Virus record (IMG/VR): IMGVR_UViG_3300009130_001466
Location: 32,001 to 96,000 of that record
Length of the DNA: 64,000 nucleotides
DNA from: a virus
Strand: one strand, 5' to 3'
Positions 51,279 to 58,924 of the stretch are shown here, piece by piece; position 1 is the first letter of the stretch; each line of letters opens with the position of its first letter. A model generated the notes under the pieces. That model was not told the DNA's origin and ran no database searches. It saw only the letters and a program-made list of their open reading frames with translations. Both the position numbers and the translations under genes were made by a program.

Positions 51279-51818
51279 ATGGTAGAAGTTGAAGTTACAA
51301 AATTCATGCTTGATGAAGCAAATCAAAGAAATAAAAAATTCTATGAAATGTTCGGACATACAGGCACTCACAGATCAAACAAACACAGACAAAGAATAAC
51401 TGGTTATCTAGCCGAAGCAGCAATTAGCAACGCTTATGCAGATATAGTTTATGCGGAAGGTCATTCTGTTGATTTTGTTTTAAAAAACTCAGACACAATA
51501 GATTCCAAAGCTCAAGGGTGCAATGGCAAACCAATGTCTAATTATAGTGCCACCTTATATGAAGAGCAAAAAAATAGAGCCACCGATTACTATATTTTCA
51601 GTAGAGTCAAGAACGATTTTAGCGTTGTTTGGATATGCGGCATTATATCCAAAAAAAAGTTTTTCAAAATAGCTGACTTAAAGAAAGCTGGAACCAAAAC
51701 CAATAATTTCACTTATGATCAAAGTAGATATGAAATCGAATATAATCAATTAGCAGATATTGACACTTTTTTGAACTGGCACAAAAAAACAAACGCTCCG
51801 ATAGTTAAAGGGATATAA
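51279..51818 (+). CDS. PD-(D/E)xK-like endonuclease
   Basis: GYLAE..VDF..IDSKAQ motif; own TTGACT promoter; stop codon inside tRNA-Arg. Confidence 0.6.
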   Translation: MVEVEVTKFMLDEANQRNKKFYEMFGHTGTHRSNKHRQRITGYLAEAAISNAYADIVYAEGHSVDFVLKNSDTIDSKAQGCNGKPMSNYSATLYEEQKNRATDYYIFSRVKNDFSVVWICGIISKKKFFKIADLKKAGTKTNNFTYDQSRYEIEYNQLADIDTFLNWHKKTNAPIVKGI

Positions 51819-51869
51819 CCGCTGATTTCTAATCTGCTATTCCAGGTTCGAATCCTGGTCGGAGTACCA
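51795..51869 (+). tRNA. tRNA-Arg (TCT)
   Basis: GCTCCGA/TCGGAGT acceptor, TTTCTAA loop, GGTTCGAATCC, CCA. Confidence 0.85.
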
Positions 51870-52184
51870 ATTTTAAAAAAGAACTGCAAAACTGTATTTT
51901 GTTATGCGCTAATTGCCATAAGGAAGAACATGAAAGGCTTAGGCAAAAATAGGTCTCGTATTTTTTTGGTTTTTTCTATATGTGGTTCATAGCAGGTGCG
52001 CCGATTCTACCACAAAGGTAGGGGGGTACTTGCGCGAACGTTTCGCCGTTGTTTCAAATCGTGAAAATGTGTTTGGAGATTGAGGAAACTCTCCCCCCCG
52101 CTTGTTCTGTGTTTCTCTGGACACGTTTTTTTGACAATGGGGTAGGGTGTCTGTATAAAACTTTTATTTTTTTTCTATTAGGGG

Positions 52185-52212
52185 TTGACAACCGCAATGG
52201 ATTCCACATACT
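52185..52212 (+). promoter_or_regulatory. Early sigma70-like promoter (representative of >10 copies)
   Basis: TTGACA-16-CATACT, ATG 7 nt later. Confidence 0.75.
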
Positions 52213-52219
52213 GTAAGAC

Positions 52220-52399
52220 ATGATAAGCAATAAAGAAATCGACAACGTCATTGACCACCTCACGCAAGCGAGCTACAACACTCAGCGCAAGCTGTACCCT
52301 GAGATCAAAGCTAGTCGTTGGGGCAAAGTTTACGGCGAGGGCGTAGCAAAAAAACTTGAAAGTAATTTTCAAAAACACTTGACAATCGCACAAAAATAA
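52220..52399 (+). CDS. Small hypothetical protein (59 aa), paralog of 53924-54106
   Basis: VIDHLT..SY...RKL.PEI..SRWGK.YGE. Confidence 0.7.
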   Translation: MISNKEIDNVIDHLTQASYNTQRKLYPEIKASRWGKVYGEGVAKKLESNFQKHLTIAQK

Positions 52400-52413
52400 C
52401 CATACTATAAATC

Positions 52414-52599
52414 ATGAGTAAAATTGAATCAATAATTGAAGCTGAGTGCTACGATTGGAAGCCTTCCGATATTGAATGGTCTCTGCGAAAAGAAGATGTA
52501 CCAGAAATTGCAAGAAACATTAAGAAGCTTCTCATTGAAGAGATTAAAAACTACGCAGAACATATTGACGATGCGGTTCGATTTATAGACGATTTTTAG
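52414..52599 (+). CDS. Small hypothetical protein
   Basis: Own TTGACA/CATACT promoter. Confidence 0.65.
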   Translation: MSKIESIIEAECYDWKPSDIEWSLRKEDVPEIARNIKKLLIEEIKNYAEHIDDAVRFIDDF

Positions 52600-52638
52600 G
52601 GACTCTAATATCACACAAAAATAACCATACTATATAAC

Positions 52639-52797
52639 ATGAAAACTAAGATTACATACGAAGAATACGACATGATGTGGTTTGATCTCCGCGAAGGAAA
52701 GATCAGCGAAGAAGAATGGAGAGCGTTCTGCGATGAGCTTTTCGAGCAAGAGCTTGAGCGTAACAAGGGCGTAATGATTCGCCTAAAGAATCGTTAA
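52639..52797 (+). CDS. Small hypothetical protein (52 aa)
   Basis: ATG after CATACT; MKTKITYEEYDMMWF.. Confidence 0.65.
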   Translation: MKTKITYEEYDMMWFDLREGKISEEEWRAFCDELFEQELERNKGVMIRLKNR

Positions 52798-52859
52798 AAA
52801 AAATTAAAAAAAGTTTACGATAAGCTTGACATCACCCCTTGAATCCCTATTGTATACAT

Positions 52860-53069
52860 ATGATAACAAATAAAACATACACAGTCACCACAGTCGAATT
52901 CTCTAACACAGGCGAGATGCGCGAGCAAGTGCGCGACTTCCCTAAGTCTCGTGAGGGTCTCGCCGAAGCTTACGCTTTCGCTAATCCTTGCGACGAGTGG
53001 GCGATCTGGTTCGGCGACGAGCTGGTAGACGACAGCTGCTGCACCCCTGCTCACCTAGTGGTAGCGTAA
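52860..53069 (+). CDS. Small hypothetical protein
   Basis: TTGACA-16-TATTGT, ATG 6 nt later. Confidence 0.65.
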   Translation: MITNKTYTVTTVEFSNTGEMREQVRDFPKSREGLAEAYAFANPCDEWAIWFGDELVDDSCCTPAHLVVA

Positions 53070-53081
53070 CACCGAAGCCCC

Positions 53082-53158
53082 TAAGTCGCTGACAGTCAAC
53101 GACTTACGGGGCCGAGGCCGCCCCGCGCGCGTAAGTGCTTGATACTCAACGACTTACG
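53082..53158. repeat. Double-palindrome element copy 1
   Basis: Arm centres 53094/53144. Confidence 0.95.
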
Positions 53159-53237
53159 ACACGAAAAAAACTTTAAAAAACTTAAAAAAACTTTGCGATA
53201 AGCTTGACTTGCCACTTCTTTAACCTATACTGTAAGC

Positions 53238-53417
53238 ATGATTAAATATAACGAATTGCACGACCTCTCTTGCCAATACTGGGATGCTCTTGACCGCCAA
53301 GATTATGACTGGGCTGACTTCATCGACTCATGCCTTGAGCGTGAAGGCGTGGAGCGTCTTCCTCGCGAAGATTGCGAAGAGCCCATCCTTGACCTTTCTC
53401 CTCTCGAAGTAAACTAA
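53238..53417 (+). CDS. Small acidic protein (59 aa)
   Basis: TTGACT-16-TATACT, ATG 6 nt later; D/E rich. Confidence 0.65.
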   Translation: MIKYNELHDLSCQYWDALDRQDYDWADFIDSCLEREGVERLPREDCEEPILDLSPLEVN

Positions 53418-53421
53418 CCAA

Positions 53422-53757
53422 ATGACGATTATGACAAAAGCAATACTAGTAGACCCTTTTCTCCCCGCGATCTCAACTGTTGAGGTTGACGGGTTCGAAG
53501 ATATCCAACGCATGATCGATTGCCGCTGCTTTACTTGTGTGAGGTTTCCCGATGGCAAGCATGTCGCATACATTGACGACGAAGGATTAATCAATGGTAC
53601 GCAAAGAGGCGTTAGGTTTATCGACAAGATTTACCCCGATGCCTTAGCTGGTCGCGTTCTTATCCTTGCCGACGACGGGCAAGGTGGCGACGCTGACTGC
53701 GAGCTGACAGGCGCTGATATCCAAGCGATGATAAAAGGAATCGTGGAATTCGGATAA
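53422..53757 (+). CDS. DUF3846-like protein
   Basis: IQRMID..YIDDEGL..LAGRVLI pattern. Confidence 0.65.
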   Translation: MTIMTKAILVDPFLPAISTVEVDGFEDIQRMIDCRCFTCVRFPDGKHVAYIDDEGLINGTQRGVRFIDKIYPDALAGRVLILADDGQGGDADCELTGADIQAMIKGIVEFG

Positions 53758-53771
53758 AAAAGCTTGACACC

Positions 53772-53850
53772 CGTAAGTTGCTGATTATCAACGACTTACG
53801 GGCCCAGGGCCGCCCGCGCCGCGCAAGTGCTTGATAACCAAGGACTTGCG
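53772..53850. repeat. Double-palindrome element copy 2
   Basis: Arm centres 53786/53836. Confidence 0.95.
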
Positions 53851-53923
53851 TAATCTAAAATAAAAAACAAAAAAGTTTCCAAAACGCTTGACAACCACAC
53901 AAAATTTCCTATTCTATAAGATA

Positions 53924-54106
53924 ATGAAAGACACAAACAAATTAATCACCGAAGTAATCGACCACCTAACTTTTTCTAGCTATGCTCACAACCGCAAGCT
54001 AAATCCCGAAATCTCACCTTCTCGTTGGGGCAAGATCTACGGAGAAAAAGAAGTTGTTTTAATGGAAAAAACTTTCCAAAATACCTTGACAACCGCAAAA
54101 AAATAA
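53924..54106 (+). CDS. Small hypothetical protein, paralog of 52220-52399
   Basis: Shared SRWGK.YGE motif; own promoter. Confidence 0.7.
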   Translation: MKDTNKLITEVIDHLTFSSYAHNRKLNPEISPSRWGKIYGEKEVVLMEKTFQNTLTTAKK

Positions 54107-54120
54107 TCATACTGTATAAC

Positions 54121-54279
54121 ATGAACATTAGAAAAGAAATTAAAGTCTCATCAATTCTAACCGACGAAGTATTGCGTCAACAAAAAGAGTTAATCTCTAA
54201 AGGCTTTCAGCACGTCAATAACATTAAAAATGGTCGTCTTTCGGATGGTTACACAATGATTTTTGTTAAACAAGGGTAA
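54121..54279 (+). CDS. Small hypothetical protein
   Basis: TTGACA-16-CATACT, ATG 7 nt later. Confidence 0.6.
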   Translation: MNIRKEIKVSSILTDEVLRQQKELISKGFQHVNNIKNGRLSDGYTMIFVKQG

Positions 54280-54283
54280 TAAT

Positions 54284-54433
54284 ATGAAAATTTGGGAACT
54301 TTTAACTCTGGTGCTTTTTGGACTCATTCTTGGGTTGGCAATGTTTGTCGGGCTTAAGCTCGACGACAAAGCTCAACAAACGAAAGAAGCGACATGGGAA
54401 CGCTTCGAGGAAATCGACAACGCAATCAAATAA
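54284..54433 (+). CDS. Small membrane protein (49 aa)
   Basis: N-terminal hydrophobic helix. Confidence 0.55.
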   Translation: MKIWELLTLVLFGLILGLAMFVGLKLDDKAQQTKEATWERFEEIDNAIK

Positions 54434-54434
54434 A

Positions 54435-54572
54435 ATGAAAATAACTATTGACAAAACAACTGCAATTTGCTTGACAGTCGCGGCTTGCACTTACTTCATC
54501 GCAAATAAAATTAGCTGGTTTCAAAAAATGTTTGACACTGTCTCAGGGGTTGCGATAAACTCAATCATGTAA
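54435..54572 (+). CDS. Small hypothetical protein (45 aa)
   Basis: Stop TAA lies inside repeat copy 3. Confidence 0.5.
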   Translation: MKITIDKTTAICLTVAACTYFIANKISWFQKMFDTVSGVAINSIM

Positions 54573-54646
54573 GTGCTTGAATATCAACGACTTACGGGGC
54601 CAGGGCCGCCCGCGCCGCGCAAACCCTTGATAAACAACGACTTACG
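54569..54646. repeat. Double-palindrome element copy 3
   Basis: Arm centres 54582/54632. Confidence 0.95.
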
Positions 54647-54705
54647 CAACTAAAAAAAAGAAAAAGACTCTTGACAACCGCACAAAAATAACCATCATAC
54701 AAACT

Positions 54706-55038
54706 ATGAAACCACTAAGCAAAACACTGACAGAACTAGGGATTGCATTTAGCTTTCCTATTGAGATTAAAGACGCTAATGGCAAGCCGACTTACCGAGA
54801 GTACAGCGATGGCTACTGGTATAAGTTTGAGTATGATGACAATAATAAAATAACTTACTGCAAGAATAGTCATAACTACTCGTATAGGTGTCAGTATGAT
54901 GACAATGGCAACAGGAATTACTTCGAGGACAGCAATGGTCTCCGAGAAGGTGCGCCACGTCCAGCCAAATCAACTAATACCTGCGAAGGCAAGGTTGTCG
55001 AAGTGGACGGGATCAAATATAAATTAACAGCACTATGA
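54706..55038 (+). CDS. YD-like repeat protein
   Basis: EYDDNNK / QYDDNGN repeats; VVEVDGIKYKL tail. Confidence 0.7.
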   Translation: MKPLSKTLTELGIAFSFPIEIKDANGKPTYREYSDGYWYKFEYDDNNKITYCKNSHNYSYRCQYDDNGNRNYFEDSNGLREGAPRPAKSTNTCEGKVVEVDGIKYKLTAL

Positions 55039-55466
55039 AAAAATTAATCTTACTAACATTCGCCATCTGCGCATCAATAGCACAAGGCGCGACATTAACT
55101 GATTTAATTGTTGCTTTAGAAAAAGTGGAAAGCAATTGCAATCCTTCCGCTTATAACGAAAGCGAAAAAGCGTTAGGCTCTCTTCAGATTAGACCTATCA
55201 TGTTGGCTGATTATAATCGCATCTATGGCACGAATATAAAGCACAAGCAAATGTCAAACCGCTTGACTTCCCATAATATCGCAATCGGAATCTTTCGTCA
55301 CTATGAAAAGTATATCAAACGTAATGGCGAAAAGTTAAATGCAAAACATCTTGCCTTCGTTTGGAATGGAGGAGGATCAGCTTGGAAACGGGTTGCAAAT
55401 CCGAAAAGCGACAAAAAGCAAAAAAATCTAGAAATTTACTGGACAAAGGTCTCAAAGCATCTGTAA
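55035..55466 (+). CDS. Secreted lysozyme-like / transglycosylase-fold protein
   Basis: Signal peptide; LEKVES..P.A..ALGSLQI; WNGG; YWTKV. Confidence 0.75.
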   Translation: MKKLILLTFAICASIAQGATLTDLIVALEKVESNCNPSAYNESEKALGSLQIRPIMLADYNRIYGTNIKHKQMSNRLTSHNIAIGIFRHYEKYIKRNGEKLNAKHLAFVWNGGGSAWKRVANPKSDKKQKNLEIYWTKVSKHL

Positions 55467-55490
55467 GTTACTGGTATTCAACGACTTACG
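55463..55490. repeat. Single-arm element copy 4
   Basis: GTAAGTTACTGGTATTCAACGACTTACG. Confidence 0.9.
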
Positions 55491-55578
55491 CAACAAAAAA
55501 ACTTTAATCTTTTTTCAAAATCGCTTGACAGCCTAACCTTTTTTCTTATTCTTTTTTAAGCATTAACAACATCACTTT

Positions 55579-55773
55579 ATGATTGATAAACGAACAGAAA
55601 AACAAATCAAGAGGCTCTTCTCGGTGGTAGTAGACGACTCACTCATGGACGCTGACTTTGAATATGTCCAAGCAGCTATTGCTTGCGTTCGTAAAGAGTG
55701 TGATCAAGTTGAAGAATACATGAAGGAGATGGATAGACTTGCTGATGAAGATTCTATATCTAACACAATATGA
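55579..55773 (+). CDS. Small hypothetical protein
   Basis: Promoter upstream. Confidence 0.6.
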   Translation: MIDKRTEKQIKRLFSVVVDDSLMDADFEYVQAAIACVRKECDQVEEYMKEMDRLADEDSISNTI

Positions 55774-55862
55774 GACAATTCACCAACGGCGACACGGGCG
55801 AGGTCAAGACTATAGCTGAGGTCTTTGCCCTAATCCGCGAAGAGAGAGAAGGAGAGCCGTAA
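55770..55862 (+). CDS. 30-aa ORF (possibly truncated by the repeat)
   Basis: ATGA overlap with previous gene; stop inside repeat copy 5. Confidence 0.4.
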   Translation: MRQFTNGDTGEVKTIAEVFALIREEREGEP

Positions 55863-55936
55863 GTCTCTGACAGTCAACGACTTACGGGCCCAGGGCCGCG
55901 CCCGCCGCGCAAGTGCTTGATATACAACGACTTACG
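55858..55936. repeat. Double-palindrome element copy 5
   Basis: Arm centres 55872/55922. Confidence 0.95.
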
Positions 55937-56005
55937 CAACAAAAAAACTTTAATCTTTTTTCAAAATCGCTTGACAACCTCACCAAAATTCTTATTGTTT
56001 TAATT

Positions 56006-56188
56006 ATGACTACTACTGATTCCTTCTCTGATTCTTCTTTTGACCCTTGGGCTGACTTGTCCGAGGCCGAGTTCGCTGAGTTCGAAGCCGATATGTTGCG
56101 CGAGCAACAGGAGCGTGAAAGCGCCGAGGCGATGGCTCACGAAGCTCAGCTTGAGCGCGAGCTTATGGAAAGAGCCGACTTCCGCTAA
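56006..56188 (+). CDS. Small acidic helical protein
   Basis: ATG after TTGACA..TATTGT; E/D rich. Confidence 0.65.
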   Translation: MTTTDSFSDSSFDPWADLSEAEFAEFEADMLREQQERESAEAMAHEAQLERELMERADFR

Positions 56189-56195
56189 GGGGTTG

Positions 56196-56273
56196 CGCAA
56201 GCCCTTGACAGTCAACGACTTACGGGGCCGAGGCCGCCCCGCGCGCGTAAGTCCTTGATACTCAGCAACTTAC
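56196..56273. repeat. Double-palindrome element copy 6
   Basis: Arm centres 56210/56260. Confidence 0.95.
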
Positions 56274-56402
56274 AGAGGTTCCCGAAATTCATTTCGGGAA
56301 CATACATAACTGCTTGATCATTAGATATATACGCTATTTGTCTTGTATTTGCGTTCGATTTGCGTTCGATTTGATTTGGCGCTATTTTTTTTCAAAAAAG
56401 GG

Positions 56403-56454
56403 TTGACTAATGCCCAAAACAATACATAATGTAAAACATAATCGTTCTTTAACA
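56403..56454 (+). promoter_or_regulatory. Promoter plus boxA-like antitermination site
   Basis: TTGACT-16-CATAAT; CGTTCTTTAACA (cf. boxA TGCTCTTTAACA). Confidence 0.7.
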
Positions 56455-56465
56455 TTTTACAATTT

Positions 56466-56869
56466 AGACAAGCGAGTCCTAGAAGCTGGTAGATGAAATT
56501 GCTTTAGTAGGCTACCAAGGTTAAGCAAATCGTTTGTCTCTTATCTAACTCGAAGAAAGCCAGGTAAACAGCCGAGCATGGGGATCTGCTGGCAATGCGT
56601 CGAGGACAGCGTGGGGGTGCGTTGATAAGATTGATTAGTTAAACACCCTCAAGATTTAACCTCGCTTGGATGACGTCTGCCTTAGAAGGGCATCCCCAAG
56701 CCAACTGGATTCGCAAATAGCGAAGAGGGAGTTGCCACTGCTCTGAGGTTTTAACATTTTAAGCGGAGAATTTGAACGCTCGACCTAAACGCCTAAAGGG
56801 TTCACCCAAGCGGAAATGAGTCGAAAGACCGAGAGCGCCAACCAATTGAAACAGGTTATATCCGCACCA
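56466..56869 (+). ncRNA. Putative multi-domain structured ncRNA unit ending in ACCA
   Basis: No ORF in track; several closed helices; GCGGA/TCCGC-ACCA terminal module. Confidence 0.55.
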
Positions 56870-56954
56870 ATCTAAAAAAACTATTGACAAAGCTCAACTT
56901 TTGTGATTTAATATAATCTTAACAATCGAAAATCCAAAACGGAGAAAAGAAAAC

Positions 56955-57206
56955 ATGAAAAACCTAAAACTAAATCCAATCCAAAAAACTCGCCTTGCTA
57001 TTCGTCGCGCTTTCGCTAAGAATAATATGGCTCAAATCACCTACAAGAAAAAGTCTGATGAGACTGTTGGCTCTTATGTCATTGACATGAATTTCATTGA
57101 AGACTTGGGCGATATGTTCAACACCTATTCTTACGCCACTGGCGCGAAGCACAGCGGCATCCGCTCCTTCTATAAAAACCGAATCGAAAAAATTAAACTT
57201 GTGTAG
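56955..57206 (+). CDS. WYL-like (Sm/SH3-fold) small protein
   Basis: ITYKKK..GIRSFYKNRIEKIKL resembles the WYL RxFxxxRI motif. Confidence 0.55.
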   Translation: MKNLKLNPIQKTRLAIRRAFAKNNMAQITYKKKSDETVGSYVIDMNFIEDLGDMFNTYSYATGAKHSGIRSFYKNRIEKIKLV

Positions 57207-57217
57207 CGTGATTGGTT

Positions 57218-57337
57218 AACGTGTGTGTGCCGCCTCGTCTTGTGGTTAGGGCGAGGCGGCTTAAATTTCTTTTGTTGTAGTCGTGTGCAACGTGTGTGTG
57301 CCGTCTTACCTTTTGTGTATGGGGTAAGGCGGCTTTT
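57218..57337 (+). terminator. Tandem duplicated TG-tract + hairpin
   Basis: Two AACGTGTGTGTGCCG...GGCGGCTT units. Confidence 0.6.
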
Positions 57338-57359
57338 CGCTATATGGATCAAGAGTTCT

Positions 57360-57437
57360 GTAAGTCCTTGATGGTCAACGATTTACGCGGCGGGGGCCAG
57401 CGCAGACCCGCAAGTGCTTGATAATCAACAACTTACG
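57360..57437. repeat. Double-palindrome element copy 7
   Basis: Arm centres 57373/57423. Confidence 0.95.
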
Positions 57438-57507
57438 AATTCAAATAAATTTAAATAAATTTTTAAAAAGGGTTGACTCGTCGAATTAAATAATACATTA
57501 TACTAAT

Positions 57508-57798
57508 ATGAAAATGACAAAAACAACTACAGAAAACCTCACCCTTGAAAACTCATTCGGAACAATCCGCGAAGAAAATGGAGTCCAGATGAATATATCC
57601 GTGCATGTCCAGCCAAACAAAAATTATGGTTCGTTTGAAATGTATGACGAAGAAACTGGAGGTGAAGAATGGTATGCCGAAGGAGGTCTTTGGTTTGAGG
57701 GCAAGGAACTGGTTGACTACGATGGAGTTTTTGCTCTATCTCCGTCAATTATTCAAATCTTAGAAGACAAAGGTTATGATGCTTCTTATGCAAAGTAA
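57508..57798 (+). CDS. Acidic hypothetical protein
   Basis: GGLWFEGKELVDYDGVFAL motif; promoter upstream. Confidence 0.7.
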   Translation: MKMTKTTTENLTLENSFGTIREENGVQMNISVHVQPNKNYGSFEMYDEETGGEEWYAEGGLWFEGKELVDYDGVFALSPSIIQILEDKGYDASYAK

Positions 57799-57836
57799 TA
57801 CTTGACTAATCACAAAAAATAATACATCATATCAAC

Positions 57837-58178
57837 ATGAAGAAAATAACCTTATCACTACACCGCAGCGAAGATGAACCTTTTGTTCAGAAATGGGAGG
57901 TCGCTCGCAAATGTGTTTTTGCTGTTCGGCTGAACGTAGAGCATATCGAATATCCACATATTCCGTCAAAGCTTGCTGAGCTTTTGTTTCACGTTACTAA
58001 CGCGCCGACCGAGCTTATCACTAAAACACACGAAAAAATTCTTTTGGCTCTGTGGGAAAACTGCTCGGACAAGAGAACCTTTCACTCTACAAGTGTCGGA
58101 GATGTCGTTAAGATCTGTGATTGTAACGGACACCCAACAACTTTAATGTGCAAATCAGTTGGATGGGAGGAGCTATAA
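57837..58178 (+). CDS. Hypothetical protein
   Basis: HSTSVGDVV..C.SVGW motif (YodL-like end). Confidence 0.65.
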   Translation: MKKITLSLHRSEDEPFVQKWEVARKCVFAVRLNVEHIEYPHIPSKLAELLFHVTNAPTELITKTHEKILLALWENCSDKRTFHSTSVGDVVKICDCNGHPTTLMCKSVGWEEL

Positions 58179-58357
58179 TGACAATCGATCAAATAAATTC
58201 ATACTGCTACGAACATTACGAAGACGGCGGCGATATTGTAGTAGAGTGCATGGAAGATGAAGAGAAGCTCAAACGTTTTGAAACTTTGGAAGACCTCAGA
58301 CAATACATTGAGATACGCCAAGAGCATCGCCGAGAAATTGAATCAACCATTTGGTAA
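58178..58357 (+). CDS. Small acidic hypothetical protein
   Basis: TAATG coupling; HYEDGGD.VVEC. Confidence 0.65.
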   Translation: MTIDQINSYCYEHYEDGGDIVVECMEDEEKLKRFETLEDLRQYIEIRQEHRREIESTIW

Positions 58358-58358
58358 T

Positions 58359-58706
58359 ATGAAAGTAAGAGTATACAGAAACCTGCACAAAAAATGTTTT
58401 TCGGTTCAAGAGAAGACAGAAAAAGGCTGGCGAGTCAAACGCCACGCCACTTCTATCGTGCTTAAAAACGCCTCGTTTCGTGTTTCTGAAGCTGGACGCA
58501 AAAGAGTGTTAAAAGAAAAAAGAAAAAATGTTCACGCTTTTATAGAGGGCTATGAAATAAAAAACAGCACACAAAAACACAAGTGCGAAGTTTGTGTTAG
58601 CTACAATCCTTACAAGTGTGACCACTTTGAAACTAACTCCCACGATCCAGTTTTTTTTGCTCGACTCGCTCATGTTAATCTCTCAGGGTGCAAAATCCAT
58701 AAGTAG
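58359..58706 (+). CDS. Conserved phage hypothetical protein
   Basis: VYRNLHK..FSV, RKNVHAF, YNPYK; stop inside repeat copy 8. Confidence 0.75.
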   Translation: MKVRVYRNLHKKCFSVQEKTEKGWRVKRHATSIVLKNASFRVSEAGRKRVLKEKRKNVHAFIEGYEIKNSTQKHKCEVCVSYNPYKCDHFETNSHDPVFFARLAHVNLSGCKIHK

Positions 58707-58776
58707 TTGATATTCAACGACTTACGCGGCCGCGGCCGCCCCCGCGTCGTAAGTCCTTGATATTCAACGACTTACG
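58700..58776. repeat. Double-palindrome element copy 8
   Basis: Arm centres 58712/58762. Confidence 0.95.
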
Positions 58777-58924
58777 CAACTTTGACTGCTCTGGGGCTCA
58801 AGTTCCGTGCCAACTTTTTTTCTAATTATTTTTTTATTTTTTTGGTAAACGCTTGACACCACATTGATTTTCTCATATGATGTAATCTCACAATTAAATA
58901 ATAATACTATATAAAGTTAATACT

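Noticed and set aside
56466-56539. Twister ribozyme
   Set aside because: GTCCTAGAAGC and a CCTA/TAGG pairing are suggestive, but the T2 GC and canonical L1 are missing.
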